A DNA stretch of 64,000 nucleotides from Yuukianura sp. NJ FZ-2021 (Eukaryota): positions 7,688,001-7,752,000 of the forward strand of contig CM102290.1 of assembly GCA_046563655.1 (NCBI GenBank), in the 5' to 3' direction. Position 1 is the stretch's first letter. Each line of letters begins with the position of its first letter. Position numbers and translations under genes: made by a program. Below the pieces are notes generated by a model that saw only the letters and a program-made list of their open reading frames with translations, had not been told where the DNA came from and made no database searches. Positions 37,685-51,184 of the stretch are shown here, piece after piece.

Positions 37685-40600
37685 GTTTAGGTTGAGTCTA
37701 AGTTAACTAACCTAAACTAACTAACCTTAGATTCACTTTGACTTGTTAAGGTAATAACTTACGTTTGAACGCATTTCTACTATTTTTTGTCTCTAAAACT
37801 ACACTCAAACTTTTAAAATTCCACACATTTTGGATAGGGTTAAAACCCTTTTAAGTTAACAAATTCAAACAAAAATGCTCAAATTTTTTCTCTTTGATCC
37901 AAAAAAGTTAAGCTACAAATCGGTTACGGCCCGCTGAATGTTACAAAGTGTTACGCAAATATTAAAGTTTTTCAAACGAAAAAGTTTTCCATCCCCAGAA
38001 AAGTTGTTTTCAAATTCCAAAATCCTGAAAATAGGATCATCTCATAGTGTAACTGGAGACAAAATTGAAAGAAAAAGTTGAACGGTTTTAACCTATGCCT
38101 ATTTTAATTTTATGGAGGCATTACTGATGGAACATTTTGAGAAGAAGAAAAAAGTTTTTAAAACTTTCGACTCAAGCCCAATCGAAGACAAACTTAGAAA
38201 ACTTCATTGGAGTTGAAATCAAACCGACTTTCAACTTTAAGAGTTAAGATTCTTAACTTAAGAAATGCGTTCATAGAAAGAAAAAAAAATTATGTACTTA
38301 TAAGAAATATTTCATTCCTATTTGTAAGTATACAAATGGTGATGTTAACACTTCAGAAGTGATTAATTTGAAAGCCAACCCTGTGATTCTATATTTGATA
38401 TTCAATCGTAGCACTATTGACCTCTACTTAATTAATTGGGGTCAACTTTCAACTTTATAATATTAATTAGGTAAGCACACTAACACTACGTACAGTTAAC
38501 TAGTGAAATGTAGAAAAAATTGTTGGCTCAAAGGCTTTCCTACATTTCGGAATGTAAAATGCTCACTCTCGAGATATTTCTAAATATTTAGCCGTAAGAT
38601 ATTAATGTTCTTTTGATCTTTCCACTTTTCCAATGATCTTTATATTACTTTAGCCTATGCCTAAGTATTTAGTTCAGCGTACATAAAAATACTAAATGAA
38701 ATCCATGAAAATTCGACTTCATTTACGTTAACATGTCATGTGTAAAGCTCGTATAAATGTAGACTGTTATGCCATGCATTATGATTTTTGTTACCTACGA
38801 CATGTACAACTTAGCATGAAAATTTTTCAACATATTATAACAATTCACAGGATACACAAACAATATTTCTATAAAACTACTGCTTTTATAACTACTTGTT
38901 TTTAACGTGCAAACGTAAGTTTGTTTGGCTTTGTTGATGTTTTTGTTTTGTGCACTTACCGGACAAATTTTAGTATATGTGACAATAAAAGTGATTTGAT
39001 GCGTGAAACAGCTCATAGGTTGTGCGTGCACATTAGTGACGCCGATTAAGTTGTAATTATCCAACTTAATATTATTATTTTAAGTCTTAAAGAAACTTAT
39101 GTTCAACAAACTTTGTTAAGTTTTAGCGCTTCGTTTTCTTTCTGTAAGACAACTTTATGAATTCATCAAAATTATTAAATAGAAAATGATTTTTTTTTAT
39201 CAAACCCATGTAAACACTTTGTTGAAAACTTCAAAAATCATGTTGGACCACACCATAATTACATACAATTAAGTTGTCAACTGTGAAACAAAACAATGTA
39301 AGTATTGTACTACAATTACTCCTTAATTATAACTAACAAGTAAGCACAATTGTTCCAGTAAACTCAGAAATGGCAGACTTCAATTTAAGAAATAACTGTT
39401 GCAATTTTATATTTTTGACAAATTTCAAAATTTCTGTTCTTAGGAAAGTCAATAATTTAAAATGCAGAGTCGTGCTGCGAATTCTGTCCAAGGTCTTGAC
39501 AGAAGATACTTCCTTGGTTGAGCGCCTTTTCCGTTAAATTTTTAGGCTCCGTTTAATTTTCTCTTGGATTTTGTTTATGTTTCCTTCCAGAAAACTCCAA
39601 GTCTAAAAGTGTAGAAGGAGCAACACGAAGCCTCATTAAGTTTCAGCAGCAGGAACTCTTCCTTCTAGAAGACTTTTGACTAATTTCCAACAAGGAAATT
39701 GCAAGGAAAGGCTAAAGGAAAGCTGCTTTAATTCCCCCAGTTCTCCAACCAAGTCCCTCAGCACTTTCCTTGCGTGTTATTGAAATACAAACATGAGCTT
39801 CCCAAATGGATCCAACTTTTGAATTCTGAACAGTCTGAAACCTTCTTCTGATTTAGGGCAACGCTAACAAGACTCTATAGGAGAAAGCATTAGTCTGCAT
39901 AGAAGACAACGAGAACGAACCTTCTTCGACTCTTAACACTTGAAGCTATTGTCTTCTCTTAAATAAAGCCTCCTTTTAAGTATTAAATTTTGAGCTCCTA
40001 AAGTAGTTTCTTACTTCAAAGAAAGTAGACTCTTCACCTCACAACCTTTTTTTTTTTGGGAAAAAATCTGACACCAAATTAATCAAAATTTCATTGAGAA
40101 CAAAAACCCTTTCTTTTTCTAGGAAGTGCTGCTTCGTAGAAGATAGTCAGCGACAAAACTAAAAAAAAGTGTAGTTTATGTCTCAAATTTCGAAATTAAG
40201 TGTTCTCACTCTGCCTCCAGAACATCCTAGCGTTAACGTTGGTTACAAAACCTCATTTGTTATGCTGGCGTTTCAAATTTTGAGCTAAAGGTGTCGGATT
40301 TTGAACCAGCGCATGTCATCTCAAGCTTTGGGACTGAGGCGTTAGGGGCGTGACCTTAAGTCGATGACCTTTGAGCAGTTTGGCGCATGTCTTTTAACCG
40401 GAGATGAAAGAGGATTGACTTTCATTTGTCAAAGGAAGTTAAGGACGCTTGATCTATGGGGATATCAGTTTCAGGATGATCGTGACTCCCGTAAGGCTGA
40501 AGTCAGACAAAGCGAATTTGTGTGAGTCCAAAAATCCTAACAACCCAAGACATGATTGTCACCTCCATCCTTTTCATCCAGAAAAAAAAATCAATCAATT

Positions 40601-42381
40601 CTTGAGACATGACTTGTAGAGTTGAATGAAAGTGTGACATGGAAAACCCTCGTTCCAATCTTCGGTTTCTACTGTAACTCAGAGAGTGTTCCCATGTTCC
40701 AACTATATTCAAGTGAAAACTGAGTTGAAATGAGAACATGAAAATTTTGATTATCAAACATCACTTTCACGACATCATCTGCAGACGATCAACTTGAGAA
40801 TCAAAGATCATCACCAGAACATCATCTTTTATTGAAGCACTCTAGTCATCCCCTTCATCCCATCACTACCAGACAATTGCTGTTTTTAAAAAATAAAATT
40901 TTTTTAGAAAGATTTCGAAAAAAAAATTGGAAAAAAATATTCACTCTAACTTTCTCCTCTCTTTACTCTCCTAGAATTTATACAGAGCGGGCTGTCAACA
41001 TTTTTCAAAAATAAAAATATAAAAGCAGCGTGGTTGGTACAAGGAAAGTTCTTAACATTTCAATTTCGAGCTTGTTTGAAAAGAATAAAATTCTCTTCGG
41101 TAACCTAAAAATCGTACAACTTGTAATCAGAAACAAGGTTTTTTCGAGAAAATTGCTGAATTTTTTTTTACTGTTGATCAAATCGAGCGTTGCAAGAAGT
41201 AGTTATTGATGAATTTCCTACAAACAAGGACAAGTACTACAAGCACCTACATTTGAATGCAAAAAAAAACTAAGTTTTGGTTTGGGTTCAAAGATTTTGG
41301 AAAAACAATGGGATCGGTGAGTCTCTTCTCTTTGGTTGCAGATGAATGAGAATTTGGCGAGAAAGGAATCAGAATAAAAGACACATCCTGATTAAAGTAA
41401 GCTCAAGAAGAAGTTTTTCGAATTCGTTTTCTTTCGCTGGGAGAGGACGAAACTTCATGAATAATACAAAAGATTGGAATAATGTATTCGACCAACCCAG
41501 CGCCATAGAAGAGAGATAGACGAAAAGGAAGCGCAACGACCAGCGTGTCTAAAAGAGCCCTCTTTGCTTAGAGCACATAGAGACATCACCAAGACGATAG
41601 AATCTTCATGATCTGAATCTAGGCTTCCAGAAATGGGTCCTCTGTTCCTCCGTCAAGTGTCACTGATGAGACTTCCTAGTTCTAAACTATGATGACAATA
41701 CAATTCCCCTCTTCAACTTCATGACTATACGAACCCATTCTACGGCGTTGCTAACCATCTCCTCGTTCAGCTTTTTTAGACAAGCCTCTTCAGTTGTGCT
41801 GCAACCATGGGACAAGTCAGCGGTCAGCACAAAAAGTCACTACACAATTCCCACATTTTTCATTCTGACAAAAAAACAATTTCAGCCTAAAAAGGTTCCA
41901 AACTTTTGAATGTTTCTTGATGTTGTTCTTTTTCAGAGTGAAAGCACGAGACGACTCCAAGTCAAAAAGTTTCGTTTTTAATTTGATTACTGCCAGATCT
42001 GTTCTAAATTACTAAAAAAAAAGTTGGCGAAGCGTAAGCCTAATTGTTAATTAAAACAAAGTTTTGAACTGTTTAAACAGGACAAAAGCGACAGCTGTCA
42101 GGCATATATACTCACTTGGTGATCCTATTACCTTGTTAGTTAAAAAAGTTTTCAAGAAAAGAGATTTCAGAGAAACAGGTTGACAGTGTAACAGCATTTG
42201 TTGACAACTCCACTTCAGTTCAGAAACTTTAATAAAGGCATTTCAAAATATTTCAAAAAGTTTGAAAAACTGAAACTCTACTAAAAAAAAGACGAAAAAA
42301 GCGTTTTTTTTTCTGTTTCTTGCCAGCAGCAGCTCTAAATCAAATTTTTGTATTCGAGACGAATTGTTCTCGGAATGACTT

Positions 42382-42399
42382 TAGCTCCCCCTGGTGGCA
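42382..42399 (-). promoter_or_regulatory. CTCF-like insulator motif
   Basis: The minus strand reads TGCCACCAGGGGGAGCTA, close to the CTCF core CCACCAGGGGGCGC (one mismatch in the core), within otherwise AT-rich intergenic DNA. Motif match only. Confidence 0.45.
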
Positions 42400-45300
42400 G
42401 AAATTGTTCCTGGAATTGATCCCCGGGAGGCGAATTAGACTCTCGGGACATTCTAGAATGTTCGGCTACGTTTGAAGGTATGGAAAATCTGGTGTTTGGA
42501 TTCATTTGTTCCTAAGTGGGCATAAGTGGGTGAGATTAGACTACTTCTGTCATATTCCCCCAGCATCTCCATTTGGTAGGCTCTTCAGTTGCCAAAGGAG
42601 AGGTACTTGGACCGGAACGTGGATGGAATCTGGAACTCTAACGACCAAAGTATGATCTTCATCTGGGAACATGTACTTTTCGCTGGATTTGAAGTTTGTG
42701 ATGATGGGCGTGGACCAAATCCCTTGGCAATTCCAATGTTGTCGATGGCTATAAACGGAATTAACAAGTCCAATTTCCTTATGTAATGCCAAAACTATGT
42801 CCACTTGACGTTACTATTTCTAGCCTCAAAAGAACCAATAACAGCTTAGCCTAAAGCCGCTTCTGAAATAACACAATTTCCTCTGCGTATCATATTCTAC
42901 AACTTCTTAATATTTCTACCATCTTGAATCCCTTTCTTCCGAAGAATTTTGGAACTGAAACGAGAAACTGCTTTTTCTTGAACGGAGAGAGAAAGGATCA
43001 CAATTTGGTAAAAAGGAAACATGACTTTCCATTTTTATTTTGTATTCTAAAAGTAAAAGACCAAATCCATCATACCATTTACTGATTTATCAAAATTTGA
43101 AAAGAAGTTGGTATAATGGAATTGGAATTTGAGAGAAAAAGAAAAGCAGAGCTAAAGTAGTGCATGGCATTTCATGTCATATTTCTCTTGCCTTCCTTTC
43201 AAATTTTTTGCACCTTCAAAGGATTTGTTTTGTAGGAGAATTGGAATAGATTTTACCAATTTCGAAATTGTTTTTTTTTTTACTATTTCAGACACTAACT
43301 CCTTCGTAATCTATTTATTAAAGCAAAAATGCAAGCATTGTATAACCAAATGTTTATCTTTGTCTAAAACAAAGAGGCAAAAAAATTATCAAGTCTTTTT
43401 TTTTGAAAAAAATCTAAAAGAAGTGAGGTTTTAAGAAATGGTTTAAAGCGTAGCTTGAAACACAAAAGGCTGAGCGAAATGTCAAAAGTTGCAGCACTGT
43501 TGTTAAAAATATATTGAAATATCTTGAAATAATTTCAAGTATTTCACATAATAAATATTCCAAATTAAGTGACTCTTGAAACCAGAATTTTGAAATAGTA
43601 AAACCAAAGCCTCTGCAGGCAACGAAAAATGGAGAGTCGAACTAATCTGAACTTTCTTTCTCGCACCAAGAATGTTTAAACTCAATTGAATTCAAAACAA
43701 TTGAAAGTAGCATAAAATCAGTCCCTAAGCTCTGTGTCAAAGCAACAAGGCTTTAGAACCCTGCTCACGTCCTTCAACAATCTACACCAACACTTTTCCC
43801 CCTGCCTGCCTGCTCTCTCTTTTCTAAAATGAAAATCACTAAAGAACACTCCAAGCGTTCGAATTATTTGAAATTTCATTTTTCACAACCTTAGTTTAGT
43901 TTTCTTTGGAAGCAAATTGCTAATAACTTTCAACTTTTTTTTTAGAAAAAAAATATTTCCCGTGAGTTTTGAAGTATCTCGTTTCCCATTGGCATTTTTT
44001 AAAACCAAACCTAGAGAAAGTGGATTAGAAAGCACTATGTCTAATCAATTTTTGTGAATTTTTTTGGGAAAAAAATGTCATTTCCCTAGACGTTAAGGTT
44101 ACGTTAGGCTAAAGTGTGTAGATAGGGGTCGAGGTTTGCGAGGAAGCCAGAGAAAGTACTTGGAGAAAGTGGTTTTAAAGGCCCTCATCATCACTTTCGA
44201 AGGCCTTGGCACTTGGAGTCGCTTATACTTGGATTTTGAAGCATGATAGAAATCAAGCCACAGCTATTGATCCACCCTTAAACAAGATCCACTTTATGGT
44301 GGGGCTACGAAAGACACCTTCAAGCGGTCTCCTCCTCGACGATTCTCAAAATTCTAGAAGAATCAAACCCATTCCATCACCATCACCCATTGCCACTCAC
44401 TTCCAAGTCACCGTTGAGCCAGTGGAGCTCAATCAATATAAAGAAATCCAATCCTCAGTCAATCTGACTCAGCAGAAGACTCATACAGTAGTATACAGCA
44501 CAAAAGTCATTTGACTCCCGTGACAATTCGCACGACAAGTAAAAAGAGAGATCGAATTCTGGAGTTGTTGGACGAAGTTACTTGAAGTTCAAAAGCTTTT
44601 TTTTTCAAAGCGGAAAGTCCAAAATCAATTTTTGGTTATTTTTTGATTCGGTTTTGCTAAAAAGTTCATGTGTCTCGTGATGCTAAATTTTGCGTTGGTG
44701 GACTGACATATAACTAGGTAACTTTGGTTAACTTATGTTAACTTTGCTAGGTAACTATCTTGGAATTACCTTTGAGACATTACTGAAAATCTAACGAAAT
44801 GGGTAATGTTTATGAACTTTTCTTTTCCTCCGAACCGCTAGAGAATACGCTAAAGATTTGATTTCCTTAGATTTCCTTTGGAAGGAAGGAAAAATTCTGG
44901 CGAGTAAAAAATTCCAATAAGAAGTTTTAACGTTAGATCTATTCTGATTTTGAGTCTTTTTAAAATATTTTGATTACGGAAATTTGGTATCATGTGATTC
45001 CCTGTTGAAGAATCCTTTTGAGTTTCCTGGAATTTCTGAACCAAGATCAAAGATCTCCCAGGTTTCTGCTTCGAAGCGGCGTCTTTTTATGAATTCCAAT
45101 TCCACCAAAGTCCCTCAAGTATTCTGATCATTAGAAAGGCTCTGCACGATCTTTCAGTACTTTCCCTTTCCAACATTAGTCTTTGTACAAGGCTTAAGGT
45201 ACGAACTTTACTTCTTTTTTAAAGTGGGAATGAAGCCTCTGAACCAAATCCTATTGGAGATGGGGAACTACAGAAGTGATCTCTGCATAGCAACGAATCC

Positions 45301-47865
45301 AAAGTCCACTTCCAAATCCGGATGATGTTTAATGAGTGTGAAGGCTTTTGCTATGAAAATTCAGCAGAAGTACCCAGCAATTCAGAATCCACAAAAACCT
45401 CGATTCCCCCAGCACCACAACTGCTGCTTGGCTCCTATTGTAAGGTTTTTGTAATCCGCCTCCAAGGACGACACTTTTCCGTTCCCACGCTACCGTTAGT
45501 CCCTCCTTCCCATCACACCAAAAACTAACAACTAAGGAAATGGCTATAAAAGCGGAAATATTCTTCCCTGGTCTTGCTTAACGAGCGTAACCAAAGTACG
45601 AAGCAGTGGAAAGTAGGAACAACCTCCTCCGACACACAACTTACAGCAGGAGACAAGAATCGTCGTTATTTTCTATCCCTTCCCTCCTGGAATTTCCAAC
45701 TACAATTTTAACATTATATAAGAATACAACTTTAAAAAGAAGCCAGGAAAAGTGTCAAGAAGCACGCGGCTGCTTTAACATTTTCACTTCTGAAGCCTCT
45801 ATACAATGCTTTCAGAACGATGACGCTCTACACGCTTTCTTGCGTTTTGCGCTTTAAAAATTATGACGCATAAAGCCACTGATTGGATGGATTCCGTTCT
45901 GAAGGGATTCGGCTAAAAAAGAAATTCCGACTAACAAGTAATAATGAGATCCACTCATGAGATTAATCATTACTCGTAACTTACGTAGTACTTACAAAGA
46001 AATCTGTCTTCTGGTACAGGAATCTAATAAAAGGCGGGTAGAATCCAATTCGGATTGATCCTAAGGATAGATAGGTTTTTGGGATTTGAGAATGTAAGGT
46101 AAACAGGTTCAAATCATCCGCCCGTCTTTTTCTACAGCAGAAGAGGCTTCTTCCCGAGGGAAAATTGGAGAAAAGGAAAAAGAAAGCATTTTTTTCTTGT
46201 CAGATTTTTTCTTTTTTTTTCTGTTCGTTGCCAACTTCCTCTTCAAATTCTTTCCAATTCCAAAGTACCTTAATTTCTAGGGAATTCTACAACTTCTAAA
46301 GCCGTGCCATTGTAAGTATTGTAAAAAAGAAAACTGTTCTCAACTGCTAGGTATTACGTAATCTTGAATTAGTAAGTCTCAGCTCTTAATTTCTTCAGTT
46401 TTAAACTTTTAGGAGCCAAAATTTCGTCATTTCAAGTCTGCGAATTGAACCGTTATGAATTCTTTGAGCCCCAATTTTTCGAAATTTAAAAGCTTACATT
46501 TTGTTTTTGTAAATTTCCTTCTGAGCTTAAGTTCTATTTAAATAATTTTCAAGAAAAGGAAACTTTCGAGTCCAAAATATCCATATTCATGAAGTACTAT
46601 ACCATTATAAATCAAAAAACCTAGAAACCAAAGAAGGTCAAAGGTTAGCAGCAACATGTCATTCCCATTGCCTGTCACTTTTCATTCTTGACGAAACAAG
46701 TTTTAAGGATTAATCCAACCCACTTTTCTAACAGTTGACCACATTGTCTTTTTTTTACGGTTGACAGGAGCCAAGCGTGGACCATTTCAAAATAAATGCC
46801 GATGTGTTTTAAGCCAAAAACTAGCTGGCAAAGGTGAGGCCTCTTTCCGGAGTTGAAAAAACAAGACTTTGGCTCTAAGCTTGACGCCATAAGAAGAAAA
46901 GGTATCCGTAGAATTGAAAGTGAAAGTTTTGGCGGCGGTAGTGAAAGTTGAAGAAGTTTATAGATTTGACCCGCCTCTCATCATAAAGTTCTATAAGGCT
47001 TTTCATTTTCCCCCTTCCCCTTAACTGAACTTTGGAGGCTGTAAATCCTGTCGGCAATGAAAAAACTTCAACTAGGTTAGGCAGTGTTCCAACCTAACTT
47101 TACAAGAAAAGGTAACAACAACTGTAAAACTATTTCTTGTGAATTTAAAAACAAAAAAGCAGACAGGAGAAACAAAAAAAGCTCCTCATGGATAAAATCC
47201 TTTCGACGAAGCTCTGTTTTCCTGGAATGAAGTTATTCCAGAGCCTCGTTTGGCTATATGTCCCCAGACACTAACTGGAGTTGAAGTGCCTTGACAAGGC
47301 CCCCCTTCTATAGGCTAGGTTATGGTAACTTTTCAAGTCTCTCTGGAAGAGTTCAGGGTATGTTAGGGGGCCCTTATTGACTGAAGGGAACGATAGAAGT
47401 TTAATCAAGCTTCAGAATAGGTCCGAAACGAAGGAACTTCCTTTTTCAACAAATGTTTCCATAACTTTCTCTAACTTTTTTTGGGGTTAAGAATTTCCTA
47501 AGTCCCGATTCATAATTAACTTGAGTCAGACATCACCTTTGGTTCTTCCAAACCCCGCAAAGTCCAACAGCTTTCTTCATCAGAAATTTAGTAATGTTCA
47601 GCAAAAATAAGAGTCTCGACGTCAGTCATCTTCCCATTTCATTCTTGTTCAGCAAACAATTTTTTGGGTAGAGCAAATGAAATATGGATCCAATTTGAAG
47701 ATTAAAAATTTAATGAAATTCAGTGCCACTGCCACAAAACTTTGACTTTTCTTTCGTTTCCTTCGAGTCGTTCAACCCTTGACACAAATCTGACGTTTTC
47801 ATTAATTAAAATTTTCTGAAAAAACTTTTAAACTTTAATAAGACTTCTTGCAAAGACGATATAAG

Positions 47866-48217
47866 TAAGTATCGTCAGATCAGTTATAGAGAATTCCCTT
47901 GCAGAATATTGTTGACCTTGAACTCTGATATTGTCAGACGTCACTTGAGGTCATCGGAATAATTGTATCCGAGTCGTCAATGATCCAAGCCCGCAAACCG
48001 CTTCCGAATCGTAAACGGAGCATTAACCTTGGTTGACCTTTGACACTATTAGAGATCACTTGAACTAAATCCAAAAACTGATTTTAGTCATCAGCTCAGT
48101 AGTTACTAATTAAACGAAACCGCTTAGAAATCGGCTTAGAAAATTATAAGCATTACAGACGTACTCACGGAAGGACGGACGAACAAGACGATCTCTTTAA
48201 ATATCTGACGATACTTA
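47866..48217. mobile_element. Helentron/HINE (DINE-1-like) non-autonomous element
   Basis: Exact 15-bp inverted termini TAAGTATCGTCAGAT (47866-47880) / ATCTGACGATACTTA (48203-48217). A GACG-type microsatellite remnant lies near the right end and TGACCTT motifs occur inside. The interior aligns by eye with ~53085-53205. Confidence 0.7.
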
Positions 48218-48486
48218 ATGAAAGTATACCTTGCCGTTCTCTGCACGTTTACAATTTTCCAATATTTCTGGCTTTGATTCACTTATGTGTAAAAGAATAA
48301 CAATCAAACAGTTTGCGATTGGTAAAAAATGGTTTGCTTATAAAAATCACAATCATGCACAGCCTTTGTGCCATTCCTGTGGAGTAGGGAATCGATAATC
48401 AAGTTAGGAATCAAACAAAGTGAAAAAAAGTTTGAACTTAAAATAATTTTGGAACAAAAATTTCAGTTCGTTCAATTTCAGAAATT

Positions 48487-50389
48487 ATGACAGACTGTTA
48501 TACGTTCCTTTTTGGTCCCATGGACGTTACAGGCAGTGTCCTTCCCTGTATAGGATTAGCTGAACAACTACGTGACAGGCGACACAAAGTTGTATTTGCA
48601 ACGCCTATGAGTTGGAAAGGAAAGCTGGAACCGCTCGGTTTCATCGAAGAATTATTGGACGCGCCTACGTCAAACGAAGGTCCAAACCACGCAACAGGAG
48701 AAACAAATGAGGCCGACAATAAGGTTGCACAAATTTTGGCTAAATCCTGTGCCGCCGCTCGGTTACCTCCCATTGAGCGACACGAAGCTTTGCATCTTGA
48801 AGTTTGGACGGAACTTTTTAACCAAAACAAAAATCACATCAAAAGTTGAAAGAAATCATGAACAAAGTGAAACCGCACGTGGTAATTGCTGATCAACTAG
48901 TTCATGTACCAGCATTAATGGATAACGGTAAATCCAATAATTTAACAATAAATAAGCTAAGTCTTACCCATGCATACTGTGAACTATGTTAGAATGTTGA
49001 CCTTGACAAATTCGGAGAGGTCAAAAACACTTGGTTCATATACCAAAGTTACCCCTCTCAATATCAGAGGAACAACTTTTGATTATTAAGTTTATTTTTC
49101 TGGTTAATATTAAAAAGGTCAATGACCTTGACCTTTCACCTAGTAGAAGGTCATAGATCCGGATGTTATTCAATAGTGAATGAACGCCCGTCATGAGATG
49201 TCAATCGGTGAAAACCGTAATGAAATTGGTCCAGTAGTTTCGCAGATAATTGTCGAACGATACAGACGGACGGACGGACGGACAGAAATATAAATGAATA
49301 AGATTATAAGGTAGTTATTATTAAAATTGGTATCCAAATTTGTTATGACGGCAGGGACTCCGTGGATGCTTTTCGTTACTTACAATCCCATCGGAATATC
49401 CACCATGAATGTCCCGCCATCTTGTTCTGGGTATGGAGAAGATAGTGACCGCAGTCTATGGAAAAGTTATGACGACAAAGCCGAAGAGGTATATCGAAAT
49501 TTTGTTCAAGATATTAAGAAGTGGAATATCGGAAATGGCGGGCCGCCAGACGAATTCACATTTCCTAATTTCGTCAAACCTTCGCCTTGGGGGAATTTGT
49601 ACATGTACCCAATTGAGTTGGATTATACTCCGCTTCGTCCAAATCCACCGAATTGGCATCGTTTCGACACCTTCGTAAGAAATACTGAAGGAAGCTTTCA
49701 AATACCGGAGAAACTGAAGACAGGTCATGGGAAACTTGTGTATTTCTCCATGGGTACGATTGGATCAGCAGACATTGACCTCATGAAGAGACTCATCAAA
49801 ATACTTGCCAAATCACCAAACAGATTCATTGTGTCAAAAGGTAAATTAAAATTTCAAAAAATCAAATTTTTGATTGATTTTTATAACTTTGAATACTTTT
49901 TAGGACCCCTGGGGGATGAATTTGACCTGGCTGACAATATGTGGGGAGGGAATAGCGTTCCCCAGACGAGAGTGCTGCCATTGGTTGACCTTGTGATTAC
50001 CCACGGGGGGAACAACACTGTGACAGAGTCTTTCTACTTTGGCAAAAGGACGTTAGTTCTAGGGCATCTTTGGGATCAATTAGGTTAGCATCTCTTATAA
50101 ATGCCAGAGTTCTAAAACGTTGTTTTGGTTAATAGTTTTTTTTTTTTTTTGGAAAACGTTAGATAATGCACAACGAATACACGAAACTGGCCTGGGTTTG
50201 CGTTTGGACCCATACGAGGCTACTGAGGTAGAACTCCTACGCAGCATTGAGCACCTACTGGCGGATGACCTCTTGGAGAGAAGAATGAAATCTATTGCCA
50301 AAAGAATTCAATCCAGCAAAGGCGAATCTGCAGCCGCAGATTTGATCGAAAGCATCGCAAAGAATAATCCAGTTGGAGCAACATTTTGA
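48487..50389 (+). pseudogene. UGT: UDP-glycosyltransferase (GT1, cytosolic mite/bacterial type) copy 1, with a 1-bp frameshift; exons 48487-48927, 49355-49840, 49904-50083, 50163-50389
   Basis: Colinear with copy 2, but AAT CAC ATC AAA AGT TGA replaces AAT CAA CAT CAA AGG TTG (one A missing at ~48836), giving a stop at 48847-48849. Downstream exons are intact and include VPQTRVLPLVDLVITHGGNNTVTESFYFG...DQ. Could be an assembly error. Confidence 0.8.
48950..49304. mobile_element. Helitron/Helentron-like insertion in intron 1 of UGT copy 1
   Basis: This intron is 427 nt versus 69 nt in copy 2. It contains TGACCTTGACCTTT, AATTGGTCCAGTAGTTT and a (GACG)n microsatellite at ~49265-49283, and ends in ATAAGAT. 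Confidence 0.6.
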
Positions 50390-51184
50390 ACCAAGTTCGG
50401 GTTTATTCTATCGTGATTTTCAAAAGAAGTATTTTTATCTTGCTGATATTGTAAAAAAAAAAAAGAGCACTCTACGCTATGGTACTGAATTGATGTGGCG
50501 TCAAATTGAAATTACGGTCGACTTTATTCGAGAAAAAATTAAACATAAAGCAAAACACGAATGTCTCGACCTTGAATTTGATGAAAAAAAAACTCAAGAG
50601 ATGTTTTCCTCAATTCTGTGCGGGAAAGACAATTGGAAACCACGATTGCATTAATCTTGCTTTTTCTAATCTACTAACATTGATTGATCGCTATCTCATG
50701 ACAAAACCTTGTTACTCTAGCTCAAATTATAAATAAAAAGATTTACTTTCAACAAGTTTTTTTTGGATTTGGATTCAATTAACCCGTTTATCAAGTTTTT
50801 ATTTTTTAATTTTTTTTTTGCTGATTGACAGGTTAAGTGTGGTGCTTAAAAACGCGGACTTACATACAGCACGATCTGCGCATTGCACAACAAGTTAAGT
50901 AAAACGACAAGTTACTAACCTTGAGTTCTCGTCACTTTCAAAATTTTGCATTATCTCTGGCTTTGATTTGCTTTTATCTAAAAGAGTTGCAATCCAACAA
51001 TTTGGTTTTGTTAAAAAATGGTGAGCTTATAATAAGCAAAAACACGTAAAGCTTCCTGCCACTCCAGCATCAGCGGAGCCAATCTGTAATTAATTTAAGT
51101 AGTAATCAAAAAAGTATAAAATAGGAAAGTTTGAGTTAAAAATCATTCTTTAGGAAAATTTCAGTCCTTGCTGTTTCAGAAATC

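Noticed and set aside
37682..37690. Stop-codon readthrough of alpha3
   Set aside because: A second in-frame TAG follows after one codon (TAG GTT TAG).
42589..42786. 65-aa ORF as an exon of a separate gene
   Set aside because: No recognisable domain and no partner exons identified.
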